This document shows positions 9,439-19,447 of a DNA stretch of 64,000 bases, one piece after another. Every line of letters begins with the position of its first letter. The stretch's first letter is position 1. A program made the translations under genes and the position numbers. The notes beneath the pieces were generated by a model, which worked only from the letters and a program-made list of their open reading frames with translations, was not told where the DNA came from and did no database searches. This DNA comes from Candidatus Nezhaarchaeales archaeon (GTDB lineage: Archaea; Thermoproteota; Methanomethylicia; Nezhaarchaeales; WYZ-LMO8). Location: positions 1-64,000 of the forward strand of contig JAWAKK010000003.1 of NCBI GenBank assembly GCA_038887515.1, given 5' to 3'.

Positions 9439-10065
9439 ATGAAGAAGGTAATCCAAGGTTTTGTCTATGTTGATAGACTTGATGATTTATGGATTGCAGT
9501 AATAATAGACGAAGAGGAAAAGGTTGTTTCCGTTAGCTTGCCAAGAGGGAGCGAGAATGAGGCCGTTAATGAAGCAAAAAGTAACGTTAGAGCTGAGGTT
9601 AGCTACAAGTTTAGATCGGAAATGAACCCCTTCGTAAAAAGGGTTGGAAAAGAAGTCGTTAAGTCTATAAGCTCGTATCTGAAGGGAGAAAAAACAAAGT
9701 TTGAACTTAAGTTAAATACTGATGGGTTATCCGAGTTTATGAAGAAGGTCCTATCTATTGCTACTATGATACCTCGAGGCTTTGTTACATGTTACGGTTG
9801 CGTAGCTGAGGTTCTTGGAAAGCCGAATGCAAGTAGTGCTATCGGATATGCTCTTGCCGAGAATCCTTGGCCAATAATTGTTCCTTGTCATAGAGTTATT
9901 AGAAGCGACCTTAGTTTGGGAGGCTATAAAGGAGGAGTTGAAATGAAGAAGATGCTATTAAAAGTTGAAGGAGTAGCTGTAACGTTAACAAACAAGGTTT
10001 TACCTTCACACTTCTTGAGGGCTGAAGAACTGAAAAAGTTGAGCCGAGATGTGGGAAAAACTTAA
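9439..10065 (+). CDS. ogt: Methylated-DNA-protein-cysteine methyltransferase
   Basis: NPWPIIVPCHRV active site, GGYKGG..K..LL..EG. Confidence 0.9.
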   Translation: MKKVIQGFVYVDRLDDLWIAVIIDEEEKVVSVSLPRGSENEAVNEAKSNVRAEVSYKFRSEMNPFVKRVGKEVVKSISSYLKGEKTKFELKLNTDGLSEFMKKVLSIATMIPRGFVTCYGCVAEVLGKPNASSAIGYALAENPWPIIVPCHRVIRSDLSLGGYKGGVEMKKMLLKVEGVAVTLTNKVLPSHFLRAEELKKLSRDVGKT

Positions 10066-10118
10066 TTTGCAAACTTCCTCCGAAGCTAAGGAGGACCCTC
10101 AGCAAAGACCTTAGAAAG

Positions 10119-11282
10119 GTGATAGGTATGGAGAAATTATTGATGATACCAGGCCCAACGAATGTCCACATAAGGGCCCTTGAGGCGATGTATAGACCTA
10201 TGACAGACCATAGAGGGCCAGAGTTTGAAGATATATATACTGAGCTCTTTGAAAACTTGAAGTACTTCTTCCAAACTAGAAAGTGGGATGTAATACCTTT
10301 TACCGCGTCGGGTACCGGGGCAGTTGAGTGTGTAGTCAGTAATACTATAGCCCCTGGCGACAAAGTGCTGGTTCCATTGTATGGGAACTTCACAAATAGA
10401 ATAAAGGAAATAGTCGAGATTTATGGTGGCAAAACCATAACAATTCAGGTACCTGAGAGAGAGGCAGTTACTGCACAACAGGTAGAGGAAGCTTTAAGGC
10501 GTGAAAAGGTGAAGTTAGTTTTCGTTGTATTTAATGAGACGTCTACAGGCGTAAAGCTCAGAGACTTAAAGGAAATAGCTAAGGTTGCCCACGAACATGG
10601 AGCCCTCATCGCTGTTGATGCCGTTTCAGGCTTGGGCGGCGACGAGCTCCCAGTAGAAGACTGGGAAATAGACCTGTGTGCCTCAGCAAGCCAGAAGTGC
10701 CTTGCAGCCCCTCCGGGCATGAGTATGGTATCTGTCAGCGATAGAGCATGGGAGGTAATAAACTCCATGAAAGCTAGGAGCCACTACTTCGACCTAAAGC
10801 TCTACAAGAAGTTCTTCGTCGAGAGACATCAACCACCATTCACTCCTGCGGTCTCAATATTCTACGCGGTTAACGAGGCCTTAAAGATCCTCAAAGAAGA
10901 AGGTTTAGAAAATAGGATTAGGAGGCATAGAATATGTGCCGAGGCATTCTACGAAGCAGTGAACGCTATAGGGCTACGTTGCTACGCTAAGCCTGAATTT
11001 CGATCAAATACTGTGATAGCCATCGAGGTACCCGCTAACTTAAAGGAGTCCGACATAAGAAGGATTATGAGGGAAAGGTACGGGATATACATAGCCGGGG
11101 GGATGGCCGATCTCAAGGGCAAGATAATCAGGATCGGTAGCATGGGTGTTGTAGATCGACGAATAACTATGATCACCCTCAGCGCTCTTGAGTGTACACT
11201 TAAAGAACTTGGCTGGACCTTCAAGATAGGTTCTGGTATCGAGGCAGCTCTCAGCGTATTCTCTAAGTATTCGAATCTCTAA
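10119..11282 (+). CDS. Class V aminotransferase (alanine-glyoxylate/serine-pyruvate type)
   Basis: LMIPGPT, SGTGA, NETSTG, DAVSG, SQKCL, RIGSMG. Confidence 0.88.
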   Translation: MIGMEKLLMIPGPTNVHIRALEAMYRPMTDHRGPEFEDIYTELFENLKYFFQTRKWDVIPFTASGTGAVECVVSNTIAPGDKVLVPLYGNFTNRIKEIVEIYGGKTITIQVPEREAVTAQQVEEALRREKVKLVFVVFNETSTGVKLRDLKEIAKVAHEHGALIAVDAVSGLGGDELPVEDWEIDLCASASQKCLAAPPGMSMVSVSDRAWEVINSMKARSHYFDLKLYKKFFVERHQPPFTPAVSIFYAVNEALKILKEEGLENRIRRHRICAEAFYEAVNAIGLRCYAKPEFRSNTVIAIEVPANLKESDIRRIMRERYGIYIAGGMADLKGKIIRIGSMGVVDRRITMITLSALECTLKELGWTFKIGSGIEAALSVFSKYSNL

Positions 11283-12416
11283 TTTAACAACGCCTCAGAA
11301 CTTTTTGCTCCATGCTTCATCGCTATATAGCATGCGCCTTCCACGCTAACAGCGCAAGGTCCTATAGGGTTTACAGGTGTACATGCATTATTGAAGAGGG
11401 GGCACTCCCAAGGATATATCAGTCCTCTGATGACGTCGGCACACCTACAACCCTTCGGGAAATACTCTTCAGCCGAAACCTCAACGTCAAATTTTTCTAA
11501 AGCATCGTAGTGCTCGAAGTCCTTCCTAAGTCTAAGTTTGGACATCGGTATAACGCCTATACCCCTCCAATCACCATCGCAAGGCTCAAATACCTCCAAC
11601 ATAATCCTCTTCGCTTTAACGTTGCCCTCTTTCTTAACGCTTCTTGTATACTCTATCTCAACGTCGCACCTGCCCTCTTTTATCTGTTCGAGTATCATGG
11701 CTAAAGAGGCCAAGACGTCCAATGGCTCAAAGCCGCTTATAACCATAGGCTTCCCATATCTTTTTGCTATAGGCTCATAAGGCTCTGAGCCTATAATCGT
11801 CGATACGTGGCCAGGACATATGAAGCCTCCTATAGCTAGATCGGGCCTCTTGAGTAGATGTTCCATGGCTGGTGGTATGAGCCTATGACTTACTATTAAG
11901 CTAAAGTTTTCAGGGACACCTTTAATTAGCTCTATAGCTGTCGTGGGAGCTGTAGTCTCAAAACCTATGGCAAAGTGTACAACTTCAACGTCAAGCTTCT
12001 TGGCTAAGTCTATTGAATCCGATATGCTGTAGACTATCCTGATGTCAGCCCCCTTAGCCTTAGCCTTCATAAGTGACATGCCCCCAACAGCGGGTACTCT
12101 GAACATGTCACCATAGGTTGTAAGTACTACTTTTTTAGAAATGGCAAGGTTTATGGCAGCTTGTATCTCAGTTACGCTAGTGACGCAGACCGGACACCCT
12201 GGACCCGCTCTAACCTCAAGTCCTCTAGGTAGTAGGCTTCTTAGCCCAAATCTCGATATGGTCCATTCATGGTTCGGCCGGGGACTAGCCCCGTGTACCG
12301 CATACATGCATTATTATCAAGCGATCTAGGGCTAGCTCCTTAAAGAGTTCGTGTAGACGCTTTGAAAGAGCCTTTGCGACCTTCTCGTCTCGAAAGGGCT
12401 CAGTTACCACACTCAT
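11279..12416 (-). CDS. hypD: Hydrogenase maturation protein HypD, two exons (12416-12295 and 12272-11279), 371 aa after splicing
   Basis: Exon 1 ends IMHVCG-T, exon 2 begins HEWTI; GPGCPVCVT, GFETTAP, PGHVS, C-terminal Fe-S cysteines. Confidence 0.93.
12273..12294 (-). other. 22-nt BHB pre-mRNA intron in hypD
   Basis: ATG CGGT AC|A CGGGG CTAGT CCCCG GCCG AA|C CAT; removal restores TGC GGT ACC CAT (CGTH) and the reading frame. Confidence 0.85.
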
Positions 12417-12474
12417 AACTTGATGTAAGGTGAAGCATAAAAATTAACTTAACCATTCTTAGATATGGGCTCGT

Positions 12475-13032
12475 ATGGTTAAGAAAGCCCTGGCAATAGG
12501 CGACTTTCACATACCAGAAAGAGCATACTGGATACCCGAAGAGCTGGAGAAGGAAATATTCAAGGAAGCCTATGATGTTGTATTCTGTAGTGGCGATTTA
12601 ACAAGCGAAGACGTGATTTTGTGGCTTAAGAAACTGTCAAGAGAGGTCTACGTAGTTAAGGGCAACATGGACCATTTGAAGCTACCCACTTACTTGGTGG
12701 TAAACGTAGAGGATCTAAGGGTCGGGCTGTATCATGGATCTGGAGTACACCCTAGAGGCGACCTGTTTAAGCTGGCAGTTAAGGCTAAGCAACTAGGGGT
12801 CGAGATCTTAGTGACCGGTCATACCCACTATTCTAAGGTAGCTTTTCTAGATGAATTTGGGGTTGTCATAGTGAACCCTGGCTCAGCTACAGGGGTGTGG
12901 GGTGGCGATGAAAGAGCTTCGCTCATACCTAGCTTTGCAATCATGAGGATAAGCGGTAGGAACTTAGTTGTCGAGGTAAAGGAAATTGCAGAAACTAGAA
13001 TTAAAGTAAACAAATTCGAGTTCCAACTATAG
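12475..13032 (+). CDS. YfcE/Vps29-family metallophosphoesterase
   Basis: GDFHIP, CSGD, VKGNMD, HGS, GHTH, NPGSATG. Confidence 0.88.
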   Translation: MVKKALAIGDFHIPERAYWIPEELEKEIFKEAYDVVFCSGDLTSEDVILWLKKLSREVYVVKGNMDHLKLPTYLVVNVEDLRVGLYHGSGVHPRGDLFKLAVKAKQLGVEILVTGHTHYSKVAFLDEFGVVIVNPGSATGVWGGDERASLIPSFAIMRISGRNLVVEVKEIAETRIKVNKFEFQL

Positions 13033-13260
13033 CTCTATGTCCATGGTCTTAGCTATCTCCTTCCAAAGTTTTAGGGTCTCTTCGGCCTCTTTTTGATCTA
13101 ATACTTGTATGGCATAGCCTGTATGAACTAGAACGTAACTTCCCGGGGTTACCTCTTCATCGAGGAGAGTCAACATGACCTCTCTTCTAACGCCTCCAAA
13201 GTCTACAAGGGCTTTATCCCCTTTAACCGCAACTACCTTGCCTGGTACTGCTAAGCACAT
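13027..13260 (-). CDS. hypC: Hydrogenase chaperone HypC
   Basis: MCLAVPG N-terminus, YVLVHTGYAI. Confidence 0.95.
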   Translation of the reverse strand: MCLAVPGKVVAVKGDKALVDFGGVRREVMLTLLDEEVTPGSYVLVHTGYAIQVLDQKEAEETLKLWKEIAKTMDIEL

Positions 13261-13336
13261 CGCAACAAGAAAAATAAATAGAATAACTTATAAGTATAAC
13301 TGCCGACCTTCTGCCCTAAGAACGCGGGGTGCAACG

Positions 13337-14095
13337 ATGCCGTTTCAGAAGGGCGATTTCATACTTGTGGACTATGTAATGAGAGTTAAGGATACTAATG
13401 AAATTATAGACTTGACGATAGAAGAAGTCGCAAAGAAAGAAAAGGCTTATCGAGAAGATGGGCTCTACGAACCTGCGCTGATAATCTTAGGCGAAGGATT
13501 GATATTAAAGGGCATAGAGGAAGAACTCTACAAAATGGAGGTAGGCGAAGGCCGAGCAATCGAGGTACCTCCTGACAAAGCCTTTGGGGAAAGGGATCCG
13601 AATAAAGTTAAGATAATCAATGCAAGGGAACTAACGAAGCGCGGAATAACTCCACGGGTGGGGGCTAAAGTCGAGCTAGACGATGGAGTAGCAGTAATAA
13701 GGAGGGCTGAGGGGGGAAGAGTAATTCTGGACTACAACCATCCACTAGCTGGTAGAACGATTGTTTGCGAAGTTAAGGTAGTGAAGAAAATCGAGGACCT
13801 CAAGGAGAAGATAAAAGAACTCGTCCACACAAGGATTAGAAGGGTGGACAAGGAAAAGTTTAAGATAGAGGTCTCGGACGACGGCATCTTGACGATAGAG
13901 GTACCGCCCGAAGCCTTTACCTACGAAGGTCTTCAATATGCTAAGAGGGGCATAGCAATTGATGTTGCTCGCTACATACCTGGGATAAACGTCGTGAGAT
14001 TCGTAGAAACCTATAATCTAAGGCAGGCAAAAACTGAGAAAGGTGAAGAAAAGGCCGGACAGCAGGTAGCTGAGAAGAGCGGTGAAAATGTATAG
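13337..14095 (+). CDS. Long-type archaeal FKBP peptidyl-prolyl isomerase (SlyD-like)
   Basis: KGDFILVDY, PPDKAFGER, DYNHPLAG; start moved to ATG 13337. Confidence 0.9.
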   Translation: MPFQKGDFILVDYVMRVKDTNEIIDLTIEEVAKKEKAYREDGLYEPALIILGEGLILKGIEEELYKMEVGEGRAIEVPPDKAFGERDPNKVKIINARELTKRGITPRVGAKVELDDGVAVIRRAEGGRVILDYNHPLAGRTIVCEVKVVKKIEDLKEKIKELVHTRIRRVDKEKFKIEVSDDGILTIEVPPEAFTYEGLQYAKRGIAIDVARYIPGINVVRFVETYNLRQAKTEKGEEKAGQQVAEKSGENV

Positions 14096-14183
14096 TTGCT
14101 TCGTTGCACTTCAAAAAGAATTTTAACTAGTATGCATAAAAGCATTTTAGCGTTCTAAACCTTTCTCTACTAAGTTAACTACT

Positions 14184-14693
14184 ATGTGGAGAAACATAGT
14201 CAATAAGTTCGAGGAAGCCCCTGCGAAGCTTAAGGTCGTCAGATTGCTTGTAGAGAGCGGTTTGAGAATAGGTAGTGATGGTAAGATATACTGTGGAGAA
14301 GTTGAGATACCCGACACAAAAATAGCGAGGGTCTTAGATGTCGACCGGAGAGTTGTTAGGGAAACAGTTAAGTACATAATGAAGGATGAAATCTTGCAGA
14401 AAGTATTTACACGACTAAAACCTGCAGGGGCATTGCTAAGGGATGTGGCAGCTCTTTTTGGCTATGGGGTCCTCGAAATTAGAGCTGAGCCAAGTGCTGT
14501 TGGAATAATAGCAGGTGTTGCACAAGCCTTGGCTAAGGCCAACATAAGCATAAGACAAATTCACGCTGAAGATCCCGAATTAAATCCAGATCCTAAGCTG
14601 ATAGTGATAACAGAGAAACCTGTACCGGGCGACATTATCCAAGAAATATTGAAGGTACCTAACGTTAAGAGCGTAACTATAATTCAAGGTTAA
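14184..14693 (+). CDS. Archaeal ACT-domain amino-acid metabolism regulator
   Basis: IYCGEVEI, VDRRVV, GIIAGV...ISIRQ...DPEL. Confidence 0.8.
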   Translation: MWRNIVNKFEEAPAKLKVVRLLVESGLRIGSDGKIYCGEVEIPDTKIARVLDVDRRVVRETVKYIMKDEILQKVFTRLKPAGALLRDVAALFGYGVLEIRAEPSAVGIIAGVAQALAKANISIRQIHAEDPELNPDPKLIVITEKPVPGDIIQEILKVPNVKSVTIIQG

Positions 14694-14694
14694 G

Positions 14695-17016
14695 GTGGAC
14701 TTCGTGGCTTTGAACAGGGATTTAGCTGAGAAGATCATTTACAGCATAGCTGATGGAATTAAGAGCTTCCAAAGAAGAATGGTAGTCCTCTGCGCCTCCG
14801 ACGATCGCAAGATAGACGTTGCGGCCCAAATAGTCGATATGTACGTTGAGAATATCAATAGAACCCCTTCAATGTTATACGTCGTAGACTCCCTCAATGA
14901 AGGGGCTCCTGGAGTACAAGGGCTTAAGAAATTTTGTGAAGTTAGGAGAAATAAGCTCGATTTTAGAGCAATATCATATCTAGATACAGAGACGGTAATG
15001 GGTTTAACATTCGACATACTGATATTGGATGTCGTAGAGGAGCTTAGACCTAACGATCTTGGAAGGCTTATTGAAACAGTCAGAGGAGGAGGGCTTATAG
15101 TCTTATTAGCGCCATCGTTAAGTACTTGGATTACAAACGTTACTCGTTTCCAAAGGAAGCTATTGGTGCCGCCGTATACAACTGAGGATTTAAAGAGGTT
15201 ATTTACTCGTAGATTCATAAGCAAGCTTAAGGAACATAGAGGAATTTGGGTGATAGATCTAGATACAGACCTCGTTAACTACAACAAGCCCGAAGAAGTA
15301 AAAGTCGCCGAAAGAAGGATAGAGTTGCCGTCGAGCTCTATCTTTCCGAAAGAACTCTACTTGATGTCAAGGACCGACGACCAGGTTAAGGCGCTATTGG
15401 CTATGGAGGCCTTTCTAAAGGAAAGGAAGTACGTTTTGGTCATAACTGCCAACAGAGGGAGAGGTAAGAGTGCTGTTTTAGGTTTAGGATTAGCCGGCCT
15501 TCTTTGTAGCACTAAGAATAGGTTTAACGTTGTAGTAACAGCTCCGTCGCTTTACAACGTCCAGGTACTCTTCGAGTTCCTTAAGAGCGCTCTCGAAAAG
15601 TTAGACTTAAAATATGAAGAAGATAAGAGACAAGAACTAGTAAGAGCCATATACACTCGGAAGGGTAAAGTGGAATATGAAGAACCTTACGAGGCTACCT
15701 TTGCAAGAGCTAAAATGGTTGTAGTTGACGAAGCGGCAGGTATACCCGTTCACTTACTCTTGAGGATTAAGAGGAACTTTAAGAGAGCTATCTTCTCTTC
15801 GACAGTTCATGGGTACGAAGGAGCTGGAAGGGGCTTTAGCGTGAGATTTCTGTCAGCCCTTCGTAGAGAAAGTACGACACCTTACCTCGAAATATTGTTA
15901 AGGGATCCGATAAGATATGCTCCCGAAGATCCCATTGAAGCATGGTTATATGATACACTCCTCCTCGACGCTGAGCCAGCAAAAATAGAGGGCGAACCAG
16001 TCTCCTTTATCTATGAAGACGCTGACTTAGAAAAATGGTTTACAGAAAAAGAGAATGAATTGAGGGAGTTTATAGGAATTTACGTCTTGGCCCATTACAG
16101 AAACAGGCCCGATGATGTTGCCTTGATAGGGGAAGCCCCCCATCATTTTGTGAGACTACTAAAGACCAACGATAATGCGATAGTGGTCGCCCTACACTTA
16201 GCCAAAGAAGGGGGACTAGAAGAAGAACTAATAGAGCAAATACTGGCTGGGTATGAGCCCTCCGGAAACGTTGTACCGTCATTGATCGTAAAGTATTACC
16301 CTCCATATAAATACTTTGCCGAATACATTGGCTGGAGGATAGTTAGGATAGCAGTGCACCCGCAACTCACAGGTAAGGGTCTAGGGAGTCTCGCACTTCA
16401 CGAATTATGTGATGAAGCTATAAAAGCGGGAGTCGACTGGATTGGGGCCGGATTTGGCGCTACAAGGGAGCTGTTGAACTTCTGGATGAAGAACGATTTC
16501 ATCCCTGTACACATAAGCCCAACTAGGAACCCAGCTTCAGGCGAGTTTAGCGTTTTAGTAATAAAGCCCATCAGTAGAAGAGCTAACAAGCTTATAGAGT
16601 CCATAAATGTGGACTTCAGGGAAAGACTTCTTGAAAGCATGTACGACGCGTACTTCGACCTCGAAGTCGATGTAGCAAGACTTCTACTTCACTCGCCCTA
16701 CGGTAAAGGGGAAGCTGAGCTAAGCTTGTCTAAAAGTCAGAAGGCGAGGTTGAAGGCTTATGTTGAGGGTATCGTGACCTATGAGGCGGCTAACGATGCC
16801 ATAGAAAGGCTTGTGAAGGCTCACTTCACGCTCAAGAATGATAGGAGGATTCATCTCGATGAAGATGAAGAAGCCCTTCTTATAGCTAAGTGCCTTCAGG
16901 GTAGGGGTTGGAGTGAGACGGCAAAGGTTTGCAATTTTCCTTCATCAAAAGTTAAAAGCGCAATACGTGGAATTGTAACGAGACTTTGGGAGGGCTATAG
17001 GGTTGAGGAAACTTAA
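14695..17016 (+). CDS. tmcA: RNA cytidine acetyltransferase TmcA/Nat10
   Basis: ETVRGGG, TANRGRGKSA, VDEAAGIP, STVHGYEGAGRGF, AHYRNRP, RIAVHP. Confidence 0.93.
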   Translation: MDFVALNRDLAEKIIYSIADGIKSFQRRMVVLCASDDRKIDVAAQIVDMYVENINRTPSMLYVVDSLNEGAPGVQGLKKFCEVRRNKLDFRAISYLDTETVMGLTFDILILDVVEELRPNDLGRLIETVRGGGLIVLLAPSLSTWITNVTRFQRKLLVPPYTTEDLKRLFTRRFISKLKEHRGIWVIDLDTDLVNYNKPEEVKVAERRIELPSSSIFPKELYLMSRTDDQVKALLAMEAFLKERKYVLVITANRGRGKSAVLGLGLAGLLCSTKNRFNVVVTAPSLYNVQVLFEFLKSALEKLDLKYEEDKRQELVRAIYTRKGKVEYEEPYEATFARAKMVVVDEAAGIPVHLLLRIKRNFKRAIFSSTVHGYEGAGRGFSVRFLSALRRESTTPYLEILLRDPIRYAPEDPIEAWLYDTLLLDAEPAKIEGEPVSFIYEDADLEKWFTEKENELREFIGIYVLAHYRNRPDDVALIGEAPHHFVRLLKTNDNAIVVALHLAKEGGLEEELIEQILAGYEPSGNVVPSLIVKYYPPYKYFAEYIGWRIVRIAVHPQLTGKGLGSLALHELCDEAIKAGVDWIGAGFGATRELLNFWMKNDFIPVHISPTRNPASGEFSVLVIKPISRRANKLIESINVDFRERLLESMYDAYFDLEVDVARLLLHSPYGKGEAELSLSKSQKARLKAYVEGIVTYEAANDAIERLVKAHFTLKNDRRIHLDEDEEALLIAKCLQGRGWSETAKVCNFPSSKVKSAIRGIVTRLWEGYRVEET

Positions 17017-17323
17017 CTTCTCTAAGAAGTATAAAAAGAAGATTCAGGAAGGGCTTAAGAGACAAACGATAAGGCTGAATACGAGCCTGAAAGAAGGTGA
17101 CGTTGTGGAGATAGTAAGCGGAGGAGAGGTTATAGGGATAGCGAGGATAACCAAGGTCGAAAAGAAGATGCTGGGAGACCTAACGGATGAAGACGCTAAG
17201 AAGGACGGCTTTGAGAATGTGACTCAACTATTTAAGGCCCTTCGAAAACATTACGGTAAGATAAGCAATAAGAAAGGAGTATGTATAATAGGCTTCGAAA
17301 TGGAGGTGAAGGAAGAACATTAA
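17003..17323 (+). CDS. ASCH domain protein
   Basis: LNF...I..GLKRQTIR and LT.EDAKKDGF motifs. Confidence 0.85.
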   Translation: MRKLNFSKKYKKKIQEGLKRQTIRLNTSLKEGDVVEIVSGGEVIGIARITKVEKKMLGDLTDEDAKKDGFENVTQLFKALRKHYGKISNKKGVCIIGFEMEVKEEH

Positions 17324-17328
17324 ACATC

Positions 17329-17823
17329 TCAGTGGCACTTTATTGAGCTTACTACATGTTCAAAAGTCTTAACGAGCATGTTTTCTTGCGATGGGTTCAC
17401 TGAATAAGCGACAAGACACCTGTCGCTTTCATCACAATGAACGTAAAGAGCTTGAATGTTGCTTAAGAGCCAAGTCCTTGAAAAGAGGCTTACCTTCAAC
17501 TTCGCTCTGACTCTGACTAGGACAGCTTCATGACCATTGACAATCAACTCTTTCTTTTCTAGAACTTCTAGCTCCTTAACTCCACTCTTGCTCTTAAATC
17601 CCTCAAGAACCTTCTCTACATGTTCTTCGGGGCTACTAAACTTCTTTCGGACCTCTTTGAGCGGAGACCAAGTCAACGTGAAAGAGTTCTCATCGACTCC
17701 GGACTTAAACGATACGACACCTCGCTCTCTCTTCAAGACCCTGACGTCTAGGTTCCAACCAGCAGGATACTCGACTGCCACCCCATAAGCGGCAAACATT
17801 TCATATTTTTGATCCTCCTCCAT
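17329..17823 (-). CDS. Hypothetical protein, possibly PsbP/DcrB-like fold
   Basis: YGVAVEYPAGW, VNGHEA, FEHVVSSIKCH. Confidence 0.55.
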   Translation of the reverse strand: MEEDQKYEMFAAYGVAVEYPAGWNLDVRVLKRERGVVSFKSGVDENSFTLTWSPLKEVRKKFSSPEEHVEKVLEGFKSKSGVKELEVLEKKELIVNGHEAVLVRVRAKLKVSLFSRTWLLSNIQALYVHCDESDRCLVAYSVNPSQENMLVKTFEHVVSSIKCH

Positions 17824-17904
17824 ACCTATCCATTACTGTTTAAACGTTTCTGCCTTAAAAAGGGGTTGGTTTTAACTGGAATGACAAAGAAACATTTTGA
17901 ATAG

Positions 17905-18015
17905 CGCCGGGGGCGGGATTCGAACCCGCGTGCCCCCGAGGGGCACCGGCTTTCTAGCCTCAATCTTACATACGAGATCTCGAGGCCGGCGCTTTGACCA
18001 CTCAGCCACCCCGGC
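17905..18015 (-). tRNA. tRNA-Ser(CGA) with 27-nt intron at 37/38
   Basis: GCCGGGGTGGCTGAGTGG...CCGGCCT-CGA-G[intron]AGCCGG, long variable arm, GTTCGAATC. Confidence 0.92.
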
Positions 18016-18076
18016 TCGTTGGAGTTTAATTTCTATGAGGAGGTTTATATTTCTAAAGCGTAGGAGGGAGTTTGTA

Positions 18077-19447
18077 TTGAAAGGCCTCTTTAGCACTAGT
18101 GGCATTAGAGGAGTTTACCCGCGTGAGTTATCCCCCTTACTTGCATTTAAGTTGGGTTGCGTTCTAGCCAACGTTTTCGGAGATAACAGCGTCGTTGGCT
18201 TAGATTGTAGGCTTTCATCGCCCGTTCTAGAGCATGCTTTATTGTCAGGACTCTTGTACTCCGGTTGCACCATAAAGCGGATAGGGCTCGCTCCTTTACC
18301 GGTTGTAGCTTATTCAGTTAAGGAGTGTGATGCTAAGTTCGGCGTAATGATAACGGCGAGCCACAATCCTCCCGAGTACAACGGATTTAAGATATTCCGA
18401 GATGGTGGATGGGAGCTTATGCCGGAGGACGAGGTAGTTATAGAAGAGAAACTCTCAAAGGACATTCAAGTCTCAGCCTCGTGGAACAACGTTGGTTTAT
18501 GCATCGATTACAAGAAAGCTTTAGATGACTACATAGACGGTGTACTCGATTTCTTAATGATAGATGATTTAAAACCATTTTCTCAAGACTTTAAGGTCGT
18601 AGTTGATTGCTGTAATGGTCCTGCGGCCTTCGTAACTCCGACGATATTGTCGCGGATGGGAGTAAGAACCATAGCTGTAAACGCAAATATCGATGGCCTC
18701 TTCCCAGGTAGACCTCCTGAGCCTAGACCAGATGTGTTGGCAAGTCTAGGATACTTCGCAAATAGCATAGGAGTACGCATGGCGTTCGCCCACGATGGTG
18801 ACGCCGATAGAGTAGCGGTAATAGATGAGGGTGGAAACTTCGTGACCAACGACAGGATAATAGCCTACATGGCCAAGAGGGCCCTAGAACGTGGCGAAGG
18901 CAAACTTGTCATTACTACCATTGACACGTCAAGATGTATTGATGAGGTCGTTGAAAGGTATGGTGGGGGAGTTGTCAGGACTAAGCTCGGGAAAATTCAT
19001 GTTGAGCTTAGGAATCGTTATAACGTAGCCCTGGCAGCTGAACCTTGGAAGATAGTTAATCCTCGTTGGGGTCCCTGGGCTGACGGTATATTGGCAGCAG
19101 CCACGCTAGTTAAAGATGCCATAGACTCTGGAAAGGGCCTGAGCCATCTTCTATCGGATATACCAAATTATCCTCAAGTCAGAGAAAGCTATCCGTGTAG
19201 TGGGGAGAAGAAATTAGAAGCGATGAAGATAATTAACGAGGAGTTGGAAGGCGCGATTGGCGAGGTAGACGAAGTTTGGAGGTATGACGGTATAAGGGTC
19301 AATTGTAAAGATGGCGCTTGGATTTTAATTAGAGCATCGGGGACAGAGCCTAAGATAAGGCTCTACGCTGAAGCTAAGAGTGCTGACAGGCTTAGGGACC
19401 TAGTTGAGAGAGGAAGGAGAATAGTTTTCAAAGCCATCAAGTCTTAA
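18077..19447 (+). CDS. Phosphoglucomutase/phosphomannomutase family
   Basis: TSGIRG, TASHNP, DGDADR, RASGTEPKIR; TTG start after GGAGG. Confidence 0.9.
   Translation: MKGLFSTSGIRGVYPRELSPLLAFKLGCVLANVFGDNSVVGLDCRLSSPVLEHALLSGLLYSGCTIKRIGLAPLPVVAYSVKECDAKFGVMITASHNPPEYNGFKIFRDGGWELMPEDEVVIEEKLSKDIQVSASWNNVGLCIDYKKALDDYIDGVLDFLMIDDLKPFSQDFKVVVDCCNGPAAFVTPTILSRMGVRTIAVNANIDGLFPGRPPEPRPDVLASLGYFANSIGVRMAFAHDGDADRVAVIDEGGNFVTNDRIIAYMAKRALERGEGKLVITTIDTSRCIDEVVERYGGGVVRTKLGKIHVELRNRYNVALAAEPWKIVNPRWGPWADGILAAATLVKDAIDSGKGLSHLLSDIPNYPQVRESYPCSGEKKLEAMKIINEELEGAIGEVDEVWRYDGIRVNCKDGAWILIRASGTEPKIRLYAEAKSADRLRDLVERGRRIVFKAIKS

Noticed and set aside
11279-12416. hypD as a frameshifted pseudogene
   Set aside because: Both parts keep all motifs, and the only lesion is a 22-nt insert with exact BHB geometry
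17952-17978. tRNA-Ser intron as two nested introns
   Set aside because: A single 37/38 intron fits a BHB with one central mismatch (CTCG/CTAG) and a 5-bp inner helix
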